Assembly: GCA_002687355.1 (NCBI GenBank)
Contig: NYZZ01000018.1
Span: forward strand, 1-37,101
Reading direction: 5' to 3'
DNA from: Methanobacteriota archaeon
GTDB taxonomy: Archaea > Thermoplasmatota > Poseidoniia > MGIII > CG-Epi1
Length of the DNA stretch: 37,101 nucleotides
Shown here: positions 27,093-34,606 of the stretch, piece by piece
Numbering within the stretch: position 1 is the stretch's first letter
How the letters are laid out: every line of letters begins with the position of its first letter
The notes under the pieces: model-generated
Told to the model about the DNA's origin: nothing
Seen by the model: the letters and a program-made list of their open reading frames with translations, nothing else
Database searches by the model: none
Program-made: the position numbers and the translations under genes

Positions 27093-27553
27093 GCGGAACC
27101 CTTCTGGCGGCAATCTCGCCCGATATGGTTATCGGCCGTGATGGAGGAATTCCATGGCACTACCCGGGCGATCTGCGGCGATTCAAACGACTGACATTGG
27201 GCCACACGATCGTGATGGGGCGCCGCACCTGGGAATCACTGCCAAAACGGCCGCTGCCGGGACGGCGTAACCTAGTACTCACTTCACGCAACCTCGACGG
27301 GTGTGAGTGCTTTAGGTCGCTCGCTAAAGCAGTGGCGGCTATAGATGGTGAAATGTTCTTCATCGGTGGTGCACAGCTATACCGTGAAGCGCTAAGTGTC
27401 GCTGACCTCATTGACCTTACATTGGTGCCTGATGAGGTACCGATGGAGGGGAGTGTGCTGTTTCCGCCGATTCCTCCGGAGTGGGAACCAGGGCCAGTTG
27501 AGCCGCATCCCGACGAGCCGAAGCTGCGGTTGCAATGCTGGGCACGGCGCTAG
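27089..27553 (+). CDS. folA: Dihydrofolate reductase
   Basis: IGRDGGIPW, DLRRFK, VMGRRTWES, RPLPGRRN, IGGAQLY; GTGA overlap with thyA. Confidence 0.95.
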   Translation: MSGTLLAAISPDMVIGRDGGIPWHYPGDLRRFKRLTLGHTIVMGRRTWESLPKRPLPGRRNLVLTSRNLDGCECFRSLAKAVAAIDGEMFFIGGAQLYREALSVADLIDLTLVPDEVPMEGSVLFPPIPPEWEPGPVEPHPDEPKLRLQCWARR

Positions 27554-28326
27554 CCACTACGCCAGTCGGGGTCGTTGCGCAGCACCCACAACGGGCTGCC
27601 AATGATGTAAATGGCGGTGAACAGTGTCGCCACGGTCCACAACAGTTCCCACACAGCGTAGCGCTGCCACGCGGCTAGGATAGCGAGCTGTAGCAACAGC
27701 ACTGCTCCGAAAATAGGCAGCAGCATCTGCCCACGTGCCTTCAGAAGTGGTAACGTCGTAACCATAGCGAATGCCATCAGTCCAAGCAGAGCTGGCGGCC
27801 ATGTCGCTGTGTTGCCGGTGAGCCAGGAAAAACGTAGACAAACAATTAGCACCAAGACCATCATCGCTGGTGTTGGCATCCCTGAGAAATGGCGCAACTG
27901 CTCCTCACGCTCATACGTGAAGCGCGCCAACCGCAACACTCCTAGCAAACCAACCAGTAACGCACCTGTCAAAGCCAGCATATTTGGCACGTCCCAGTCA
28001 CCACTGAGTGAAAGCGCCGGACCGCGCGACAGCTCGTACCAGAGTGTATAGATGAGTGCCGTCGGTGCGAGGCAGAAGCTAACCATGTCAGCCATTGAGT
28101 CTAGCAGTGGTCCGAAGCGGTGGCTCGAGCCGTAGCGGCGCACAAGCATTCCGTCGATGCTGTCAAGAAACGCTCCGGTCACTAACAGTAGCATTCCAAT
28201 CAAGATTGCGCTGCGCGTCCCATCAAGGAAGTAGGTAATCGCTAGCAGGCCACACCCTGCGTTGCCGAGTGTAGCCAGGTCGCCATATGATATCTGAAGC
28301 AAGGGTCGGAAGAGCTTGCGCAGCAT
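27550..28326 (-). CDS. pssA: CDP-alcohol phosphatidyltransferase, phosphatidyl/archaetidylserine synthase type
   Basis: DLATLGN...G, DSIDG...R...FG..LDSMADMVSF..AP, LRLARF, FSGMPTP. Confidence 0.9.
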   Translation of the reverse strand: MLRKLFRPLLQISYGDLATLGNAGCGLLAITYFLDGTRSAILIGMLLLVTGAFLDSIDGMLVRRYGSSHRFGPLLDSMADMVSFCLAPTALIYTLWYELSRGPALSLSGDWDVPNMLALTGALLVGLLGVLRLARFTYEREEQLRHFSGMPTPAMMVLVLIVCLRFSWLTGNTATWPPALLGLMAFAMVTTLPLLKARGQMLLPIFGAVLLLQLAILAAWQRYAVWELLWTVATLFTAIYIIGSPLWVLRNDPDWRSG

Positions 28327-29873
28327 TACGGCCTCGTCAGGCGCGCCACGGTCTGGCCTGCTTGCAGCTTCTGTCCTGGCGTGACTACCATCTTGGCCTT
28401 CCCCGGTAATTCCAGATCAACTCGCGAACCGAGGTGGATTATGCCAATACGCTCGCCCTTCACCAGTTGCTGCCCTTCGGAGAGGTAGCTAGTGATACGC
28501 CGGGCTAATGCGCCAGCAACCTGTATCACCACTACTAACCCGATAGCGGTCTCGAGCTCAGTACGCAGCTGCAAGTTGACGTCCGCATCAGCACCATAAG
28601 CAGGGTTGAAGCCAACTCCAGAACGGTGCTGCGCCACGACACGACCATCCAGCGGCGCGCGGTTGACGTGGACGTCCAGCGGTGACATGAAAATTGAGAG
28701 TTGTGCACGCCCGCCCTGCTCGTTAACGGAAAGCACCGTCCCGTCAGCGGGGCTGACGACATCATCCTCAATCAGCCGTTGCGGGTCGCGATGGAACCAA
28801 AGTAACCCGCTACCAAGCACTAACAGCGTCGCCGCAGCCCAGCCAGCTCCACGTAATGGCATATCAGACGGCAATCCCGTGGCAGCGGCGAACGGCACCA
28901 GCGCCAGCCCCAGTGCGGCGGCAGCATAAATCCAGCCCGGAGTACCAGCAGCGAAAGGAGGCGTGCGCCTTCCCGACGGTGGTTCACGCCATGGCAGGTC
29001 CATCACCCCTAGAATGGCGTCCTGCATCTCTGGCAGGTAGTGGAACACGATATACGCCAGCGCAACTAGCGCAATCAGGCTGCCACCTTTCCCTATCCAA
29101 GCGTGCGCGTAGTAGAATGTATCCTCTCCCCACACATTCTGGTAGGTAAGCCAGATAACTACGGCGTTCCGAATCAGATTGAGCAAATAAATAGTGGGCA
29201 CAGTCGCCAAGAACGCGTAAAGACGGCGCTGACGCGGTGCGCTAGTACAGAGCACGCCGCCAACGAAGATTATCATCGACTGCAACGCAGTGCACGCCAG
29301 TACGATGCTGACCGGGGATGACATCGGGTCGCGCCACTCAGCCTCGACGGGGACGCTCACGCCCTGATGCGTTGAGCCAATACGGTACCAACGCGAGCCG
29401 GAACCGTAATCCAGTGCTTCCAGCGCAGTCGGATAGCCGAATATATCAAGCAGCCAAACCGATTGCTCTGCCACTACTAGGATTAGCCATCCTGCCAGTA
29501 GCGGGATTCGCTCAACCAGGAAATATATTCCACCGGCGACTATGGTCATCGCTACTAGCCAGCGCAACGCAGGGTATTCCTGCTTCCAGTAAATAGTAAG
29601 CCAATGATGGTATGCAAGGTAGCCAAAGAACGGCAGCGCCATAGCGCAAAAAAATGCGTTGACGGGATCGTTAACTGGAAGTGTCGCGTAGTATGCGACC
29701 TCACTCCACCAGAAACCACCCAACGCCAGCCATCCAACCATGCAGAGCCGGTGGCCAGCAGTAACCGGCAGCCTACGTCCTGCAAATGCATGGGGGCCAC
29801 TTGAGAGCCAGTAGCCTGCCGTGAGTAGCAGCAACGACCCAATGGCGAGTACCTCACTGGCCGGTATCATCAC
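28326..29873 (-). CDS. artA-psd: Fusion of archaeosortase A (N-terminal) and phosphatidyl/archaetidylserine decarboxylase proenzyme (C-terminal)
   Basis: ArtA part: IVLACTALQSM (C194), LNLIRN (R235), FYYAH..IGK. Psd part: FHRDP, SPADG, SIFMSPLDVHVNRAP, QVAGALARRI, GERIG...LGSRVD. One uninterrupted frame. Confidence 0.92.
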   Translation of the reverse strand: MMIPASEVLAIGSLLLLTAGYWLSSGPHAFAGRRLPVTAGHRLCMVGWLALGGFWWSEVAYYATLPVNDPVNAFFCAMALPFFGYLAYHHWLTIYWKQEYPALRWLVAMTIVAGGIYFLVERIPLLAGWLILVVAEQSVWLLDIFGYPTALEALDYGSGSRWYRIGSTHQGVSVPVEAEWRDPMSSPVSIVLACTALQSMIIFVGGVLCTSAPRQRRLYAFLATVPTIYLLNLIRNAVVIWLTYQNVWGEDTFYYAHAWIGKGGSLIALVALAYIVFHYLPEMQDAILGVMDLPWREPPSGRRTPPFAAGTPGWIYAAAALGLALVPFAAATGLPSDMPLRGAGWAAATLLVLGSGLLWFHRDPQRLIEDDVVSPADGTVLSVNEQGGRAQLSIFMSPLDVHVNRAPLDGRVVAQHRSGVGFNPAYGADADVNLQLRTELETAIGLVVVIQVAGALARRITSYLSEGQQLVKGERIGIIHLGSRVDLELPGKAKMVVTPGQKLQAGQTVARLTRP

Positions 29874-29906
29874 TCCGCGCGACGCCTCCCCGCTAAAAAA
29901 GACTCT

Positions 29907-30632
29907 TCAACTGAAATGAGCACATGCCGCTGCGTACGATTCGGGGTCGCCGATGTCAAACCATGTCCCGGCATAGGCAATGCCGCGCACTCTTGCACGG
30001 CTGCTGCGCCATGCCAAGAAATGTCCTAATGCATCGCGCTGTCCGCCGTCATCGAGGAACTCATCGAGAGCGCTGACACCACTAGAGGAGAGCAGCCAAC
30101 AGGCAGTCGCCGCCAGAGTAGAACGTGGTACGGACGGTTTCTCGACAAAATCGACAATGACGCCGTCCTCCAGCGTGGCGATGCCATAGAGTTGCGCTAG
30201 CTCTCGATTCTGGACGTCGTAGAGCGCAATGATGTCGTCGCCGGTGGCCTCGTACAACCCTACTAAGCGGCTGAGATCAAAGTCAAAAAGATTGTCGCCG
30301 GCGGCGATGAAAAGCGGTCCTGTCAGATGCTGTGCCTCTACCAATTGCCATAGGGCGCCCAGTGCGCCTGGCTTCTCGCCTTCGCTGTGCGCCTGCTCGA
30401 CTGTCAGCTCTACTTGCAGCGGACCGTTGTAGCTGGTGATGAAGGCATCGAACTGGCTAGCAAAGGCTGCGTTAACCGCGAGAATCACACGATTGGGAGC
30501 GACGGCCTCGAGCGAGCGCAGTACGTGCGCTAGTAGTGGTTCGCCTGCGACAATGAGTAGCTGCTTAGGGGTATCGCTTACCAGCTCCCCCATGCGGCTC
30601 GCAAAGCCACCCGCCAGAACGATTGCGTCCAT
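29907..30632 (-). CDS. Sugar-phosphate nucleotidyltransferase (NDP-sugar synthase family)
   Basis: AIVLAGGFASRM...PKQLL, AGDN, FVEKP, WFDIG. Confidence 0.9.
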   Translation of the reverse strand: MDAIVLAGGFASRMGELVSDTPKQLLIVAGEPLLAHVLRSLEAVAPNRVILAVNAAFASQFDAFITSYNGPLQVELTVEQAHSEGEKPGALGALWQLVEAQHLTGPLFIAAGDNLFDFDLSRLVGLYEATGDDIIALYDVQNRELAQLYGIATLEDGVIVDFVEKPSVPRSTLAATACWLLSSSGVSALDEFLDDGGQRDALGHFLAWRSSRARVRGIAYAGTWFDIGDPESYAAACAHFS

Positions 30633-31519
30633 CAGAGCGATATCTTGCCGCCGGCCATCAGTTCCTTGATAGCATCATCGGCAGCCTCAGCGAGCTTCGT
30701 GTCATCGTATAGCGCCTGCTTCACGGCCTGATGGCGGTCGCGTACCTGTTTCCAGCGCGCCTGCTGCTCCTCGCGCGTCACCTTACGGTGCTGTCGCAAG
30801 TGATCAAGCATCTCCATCGCGCGTTGGTGCTGGTGGTCTGCTCGCTGGCGAATATCGACAAATTCCTGATGTTTCTTGTCTGCCTCTCCAGAGAGATGCG
30901 ACGCCTCCTGCATCATTTCGGTCATCTTGTCGTATAATTTTGAATTGAGCTTCGCCAATCGCACCACTTCCTGATGGTGCTGGTCCGCCTCACTGAAGTG
31001 AGTGTCGATTGACTCGTCGAGCTCGCCCACCTCGGCATGCAGGTGTTCCTGCTCCTCCAACGACACCTGTTGCTCGTTCAGGCTGCGACGCAGGATGGAA
31101 ATACGATCAAGCAAGTCGCGCTCCCGGGCAATTGACATTTCGGTTGTCTCGAGTCGTCGCTCGGATGCCATGATTTCCGACATTAGTGCCTGAACTGTGT
31201 CACGTAGCCCCCCCGAGCCCCGGCCGTTCTTCCGCTTCGCCTTCTTGGCGGCAATTAGCTTGTGAGCCTGGTTACGCAGCCGGTCCCGGGTCTGCATACT
31301 CTGGCCCTTGGCGCGCGAGTTGGACTTCATTTCCTCGCGCAGCGCTAGAATCTGTTCCATCACCTTATGGCGCTGCTCATGCAGTGCATCGCGTTCGTCG
31401 CGTAACATGCGCGACTCGTTATTGAACTCATTGCGGCGCTCTACGAAGCGCTGGAATTGCTCTTCTGAGCGCTGTATTTCGGTTTTAGGCTTGCGCTGCC
31501 CCTTCTTACGTTGCGCCAT
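30632..31519 (-). CDS. Archaeal long coiled-coil protein (COG1340-like)
   Basis: E/R/K/Q-rich heptads, ETT.MS...E..L, ADxxHQE, ends GGKISL; TGATG overlap with the next gene. Confidence 0.8.
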   Translation of the reverse strand: MAQRKKGQRKPKTEIQRSEEQFQRFVERRNEFNNESRMLRDERDALHEQRHKVMEQILALREEMKSNSRAKGQSMQTRDRLRNQAHKLIAAKKAKRKNGRGSGGLRDTVQALMSEIMASERRLETTEMSIARERDLLDRISILRRSLNEQQVSLEEQEHLHAEVGELDESIDTHFSEADQHHQEVVRLAKLNSKLYDKMTEMMQEASHLSGEADKKHQEFVDIRQRADHQHQRAMEMLDHLRQHRKVTREEQQARWKQVRDRHQAVKQALYDDTKLAEAADDAIKELMAGGKISL

Positions 31520-31544
31520 TGGAAGCGGGGGACGGCTAGCGCGG

Positions 31545-31554
31545 TAATATAAAA
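31545..31554 (-). promoter_or_regulatory. TATA box
   Basis: TTTTATATTA on the minus strand, 26-35 nt before ATG 31519. Confidence 0.65.
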
Positions 31555-31602
31555 TCAACCTCTCAGACAGGAGGTGTGCTGTTTGAACTATATCGCCGGG
31601 AA

Positions 31603-32565
31603 CTATGCGAAGGGGTTGAGTACATGGTAGATTGAGTCATTAATCGGCCCTACTTCCAACGGCATTTCCTCCCCCGTAAATGTTTCGACTACCTCGATAT
31701 AGCGGGAAGCTGCCTCCACCCGTATGTCGTCAGTCAGTGTGGGCGGCTTTCCTTTGCCAGTAAATCCCTGATTTGCGAGCCAGGTTCGCACGTATTCCTT
31801 GTCGAACTTGCGTGGCTCTTCCTCCTTTTCGAAACGTGCCTCGTAATCCTCCGCCAGCCAGTAACGGCTGGAATCGGGCGTGTTTACTTCGTCCATCAGC
31901 ATAATCTTGCCTTTGGAAATGCCAAATTCGTACTTGGTGTCTACGAAAATCATCCCCTGCTCGGCCGCGCGCTTGACACCGCGGTGGTAGAGTTGCATCG
32001 AAATCTTTGAGAGTTCACGGAATAACCCCGGGTCAATCACACCGCGGCGGTAGAGTTCCTCAGGTGCAACAGATTCATCATGGTCGCCCTGCGCCGCCTT
32101 GGTTGAAGGAGTTATTATCGGCTCGGGGAGCTGCTCGTGCTTGCGCATGCCGTCCGGTAACTCATTACCACAGAAGTCGCGGTCGCCCTGCTCGTATGCA
32201 GTCCAGATTGATGTAGATGTTACACCTGTTAGGTAGCCTCGCACGACCATCTCGACTTGAATAGGATCGCAGCGTCGCACCGTCCACAGATTGGGGTGCG
32301 GTCGTCGTAGTACATGGTTGGCGACTATATCGGCTGTTTCCCCGAACCACCAGTCAGCTAGCTCGACCAGTGCTTGCCCTTTGAAAGGAACCGTTCCCAA
32401 CACACGGTCGAAGGCAGAGATGCGGTCAGTGGTAACCATTGTAATCGTCTCCTCCTTGATGTAATTGTCGCGCACCTTGCCACGGTAGAGTTCACCCTGG
32501 TCTTCGTAACTGGTTCCCTCCAGAGTATGGGGGAGCTGCTGTCGCAGGATGTCGCGGGCGACCAT
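31603..32565 (-). CDS. purC: SAICAR synthetase
   Basis: GKVRD, TDRISAFD, EMVVRGY, TPSTKA, DTKYEFG, DEVNTPDSSRYW, DKEYVR. Confidence 0.97.
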   Translation of the reverse strand: MVARDILRQQLPHTLEGTSYEDQGELYRGKVRDNYIKEETITMVTTDRISAFDRVLGTVPFKGQALVELADWWFGETADIVANHVLRRPHPNLWTVRRCDPIQVEMVVRGYLTGVTSTSIWTAYEQGDRDFCGNELPDGMRKHEQLPEPIITPSTKAAQGDHDESVAPEELYRRGVIDPGLFRELSKISMQLYHRGVKRAAEQGMIFVDTKYEFGISKGKIMLMDEVNTPDSSRYWLAEDYEARFEKEEEPRKFDKEYVRTWLANQGFTGKGKPPTLTDDIRVEAASRYIEVVETFTGEEMPLEVGPINDSIYHVLNPFA

Positions 32566-32669
32566 GTCACCCCGAAGGTGGGAGTGGGACTAAAAGCGGT
32601 ATCGGTAGGTGTAGCACAAGGCTGAAAAACTACAAGTGACTCTTGCGCAAGGTTATCGTGCTGAGTGAC

Positions 32670-33302
32670 ATGCTGAGGCGCCGCAGCAACAAACTGCTGC
32701 GCCCACTTGGGGTTTTTATGGGTCGTGTAGGGATTCGCCCTAACAACCTCACCTTCCTCGGACTGGCGCTGACCGTTGCTGCAGCGTGGCAGCTGTACGC
32801 ATCGGACCACGATGGGAAGCCTGTCGCCATTCTGCCTGGAGTAGCACTGATGTTGCTGGCTGGGCTGGCTGATGGCGGAGATGGATTGGTGGCGCGCGCT
32901 GCTGGCCAGACAAGCGTGCGCGGCGGCTTCCTTGATGCGCTGACCGACCGCTACTCAGACAGTCTGATCTTCGGCGCGCTGCTGCTGGGCGGCTGGCTGG
33001 TGCCACTGCCACAAGCACCCGCGATAACAGGCGAGGCGTGGGCACTGGCGGCGCTCATCGGTGCGCTGCTAACCTCTTACTCACGCGCGGCCGCCGAGCG
33101 GCTCGGCGTGAGCCAGCAGGCAGTGGGCCTCATCGAGCGACCGGAGCGCATCATTCTGCTTGGCTTCGGTATGCTAGCAGGAGAATTGGCAGGTGAACCC
33201 GCAATCTGGACTACGGTAACGCTGGCGATGCTGGCACTGCTCGGAAACCTTACAGTGGCGCAGCGACTCGTACATTTCTGGCGAAATGCGTCTGAAACAT
33301 AA
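32670..33302 (+). CDS. CDP-alcohol phosphatidyltransferase (PgsA / archaetidylinositol-phosphate synthase-like)
   Basis: PNNLT, DGGDGLVAR...GGFLDALTDRYSD, SYSRA.AE, GLIERPER. Confidence 0.9.
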   Translation: MLRRRSNKLLRPLGVFMGRVGIRPNNLTFLGLALTVAAAWQLYASDHDGKPVAILPGVALMLLAGLADGGDGLVARAAGQTSVRGGFLDALTDRYSDSLIFGALLLGGWLVPLPQAPAITGEAWALAALIGALLTSYSRAAAERLGVSQQAVGLIERPERIILLGFGMLAGELAGEPAIWTTVTLAMLALLGNLTVAQRLVHFWRNASET

Positions 33303-33312
33303 TTTAAATATA
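33303..33312 (+). promoter_or_regulatory. TATA box of pgpA
   Basis: TTTAAATATA 19-28 nt before ATG 33331. Confidence 0.6.
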
Positions 33313-33330
33313 GGTCGTCAGTGGAACATC

Positions 33331-33804
33331 ATGCCTGATTGGCGAGGGCTGGCTGCTACTTGCCTTGGACTAGGGCATTCACCATTCGCTCCCGGCACAG
33401 CCGGCAGTAGTGGTGCGCTGGTACTGGTCTGGGTGATTATAGCTTATGGCGGAACACAGGGTGGCTATGCGCTGCTAGCAATCGCTATCCTGCTCTACCC
33501 AACTGGTCGCAGCTTGGCTGAATGGGCCGAACAGGAGTGGGGCGATGACCCCGGGCGTTTCGTGCTGGATGAGGTGGCAGGCTACCTGCTAGGTGCCGCC
33601 ATTGTTTGGCTTGCTACTGCATCATCCCCAGATGTAACCGAGCTAGTGGCACTGTTCGTCCTGTTCCGCGCCTTTGACATCCTGAAGCCATGGCCGATCT
33701 CGCGGCTTGAGGAACTCAAGGGTGGTGACGGGGTGATGCTAGATGATGTTGCAGCCGGTATACTGGCTGCTGTCGTGCTACTTCTGCTCCCTATTCTGTT
33801 TTAG
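33331..33804 (+). CDS. pgpA: Phosphatidylglycerophosphatase A
   Basis: APGTAGS, DP...VLDEVAG, FRAFDILKPWPI, GVMLDD. Confidence 0.95.
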   Translation: MPDWRGLAATCLGLGHSPFAPGTAGSSGALVLVWVIIAYGGTQGGYALLAIAILLYPTGRSLAEWAEQEWGDDPGRFVLDEVAGYLLGAAIVWLATASSPDVTELVALFVLFRAFDILKPWPISRLEELKGGDGVMLDDVAAGILAAVVLLLLPILF

Positions 33805-33819
33805 CCAGCCCTGCTTGCG

Positions 33820-34329
33820 ATGCCAATGGCCGAAATCGTTCTCTATTTGCATATCATCGGCGCCATTGCGCTCTTCAGTGGATTGGTGGCGGCTGCTGTG
33901 GCGATGTTGCGCATGGAGCGCGCTGCTGGTGAAACGCGGCGCGAGCTGGCGTCAATGGCGCGGGCGATGGCGTCAATGGCGGCAGGAGGCGGCGCACTGA
34001 CGCTGCTATTCGGGCTCTATATGGTACTCAACGAACCGTGGCCTAACTTCGGTGATGCGTGGATTGACAACTCACTTGGGCTATTGCTAGTGATTGTTGT
34101 AGTTATCCCGCTGGTAATAGTGCCGCGGCTACGTGCGATTGCCGAGGGAGGCGGGACCATGGGCGACCCTACGCTCTGGATTACTACTGCTGCTATGCTA
34201 GGAGGATCTTTCGGCATCGAGTACTTGATGGTTGCGAAGCCACTAGCACATGGCAGCGACGATGGCGTGCTGCTGCTATTTCTGCTACTTGGTGCAGGTG
34301 CGGGCTGGCTGCAAACCAGAGAAGCCTGA
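33820..34329 (+). CDS. Membrane protein, DUF2269-like
   Basis: LH in helix 1, GLYMV, LMVAKP near the C-terminus; four to five TM helices. Confidence 0.65.
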   Translation: MPMAEIVLYLHIIGAIALFSGLVAAAVAMLRMERAAGETRRELASMARAMASMAAGGGALTLLFGLYMVLNEPWPNFGDAWIDNSLGLLLVIVVVIPLVIVPRLRAIAEGGGTMGDPTLWITTAAMLGGSFGIEYLMVAKPLAHGSDDGVLLLFLLLGAGAGWLQTREA

Positions 34330-34344
34330 GTTTCGTTTTTTACC

Positions 34345-34361
34345 CGCCCCCACTGGGGGCG
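34345..34361. promoter_or_regulatory. Perfect 7-bp inverted repeat between the TATA-like tract and the purS start
   Basis: CGCCCCC-ACT-GGGGGCG, preceded by TTTTTTAC and ending 2 nt before the ATG. Confidence 0.5.
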
Positions 34362-34363
34362 TA

Positions 34364-34606
34364 ATGACTGAGATTGAGATTCGTGTCGGTCTCAAGCCGG
34401 GCATGGCTGACCCTGAAGGCGCCAATGTCCAGAAAGCACTGGGATTGCTAGGCTTTGAGTCTGTAGAGGGTGTGAAATCGGCGCGCTGCTACCGCGTCTT
34501 GCTCGAGCTGCCAGAAGATAAAGCGCTCAAAGAAGCGGAGCGCATGTGCCAGCGGCTGCTTGCTAACCCTGTAGTGCATGACTACTCTATCTCGGTGGTG
34601 GAATGA
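34364..34606 (+). CDS. purS: FGAM synthase subunit PurS
   Basis: LKPGMADPEG...AL..LGF, MC.RLLANPV; ATG 34364. Confidence 0.95.
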   Translation: MTEIEIRVGLKPGMADPEGANVQKALGLLGFESVEGVKSARCYRVLLELPEDKALKEAERMCQRLLANPVVHDYSISVVE

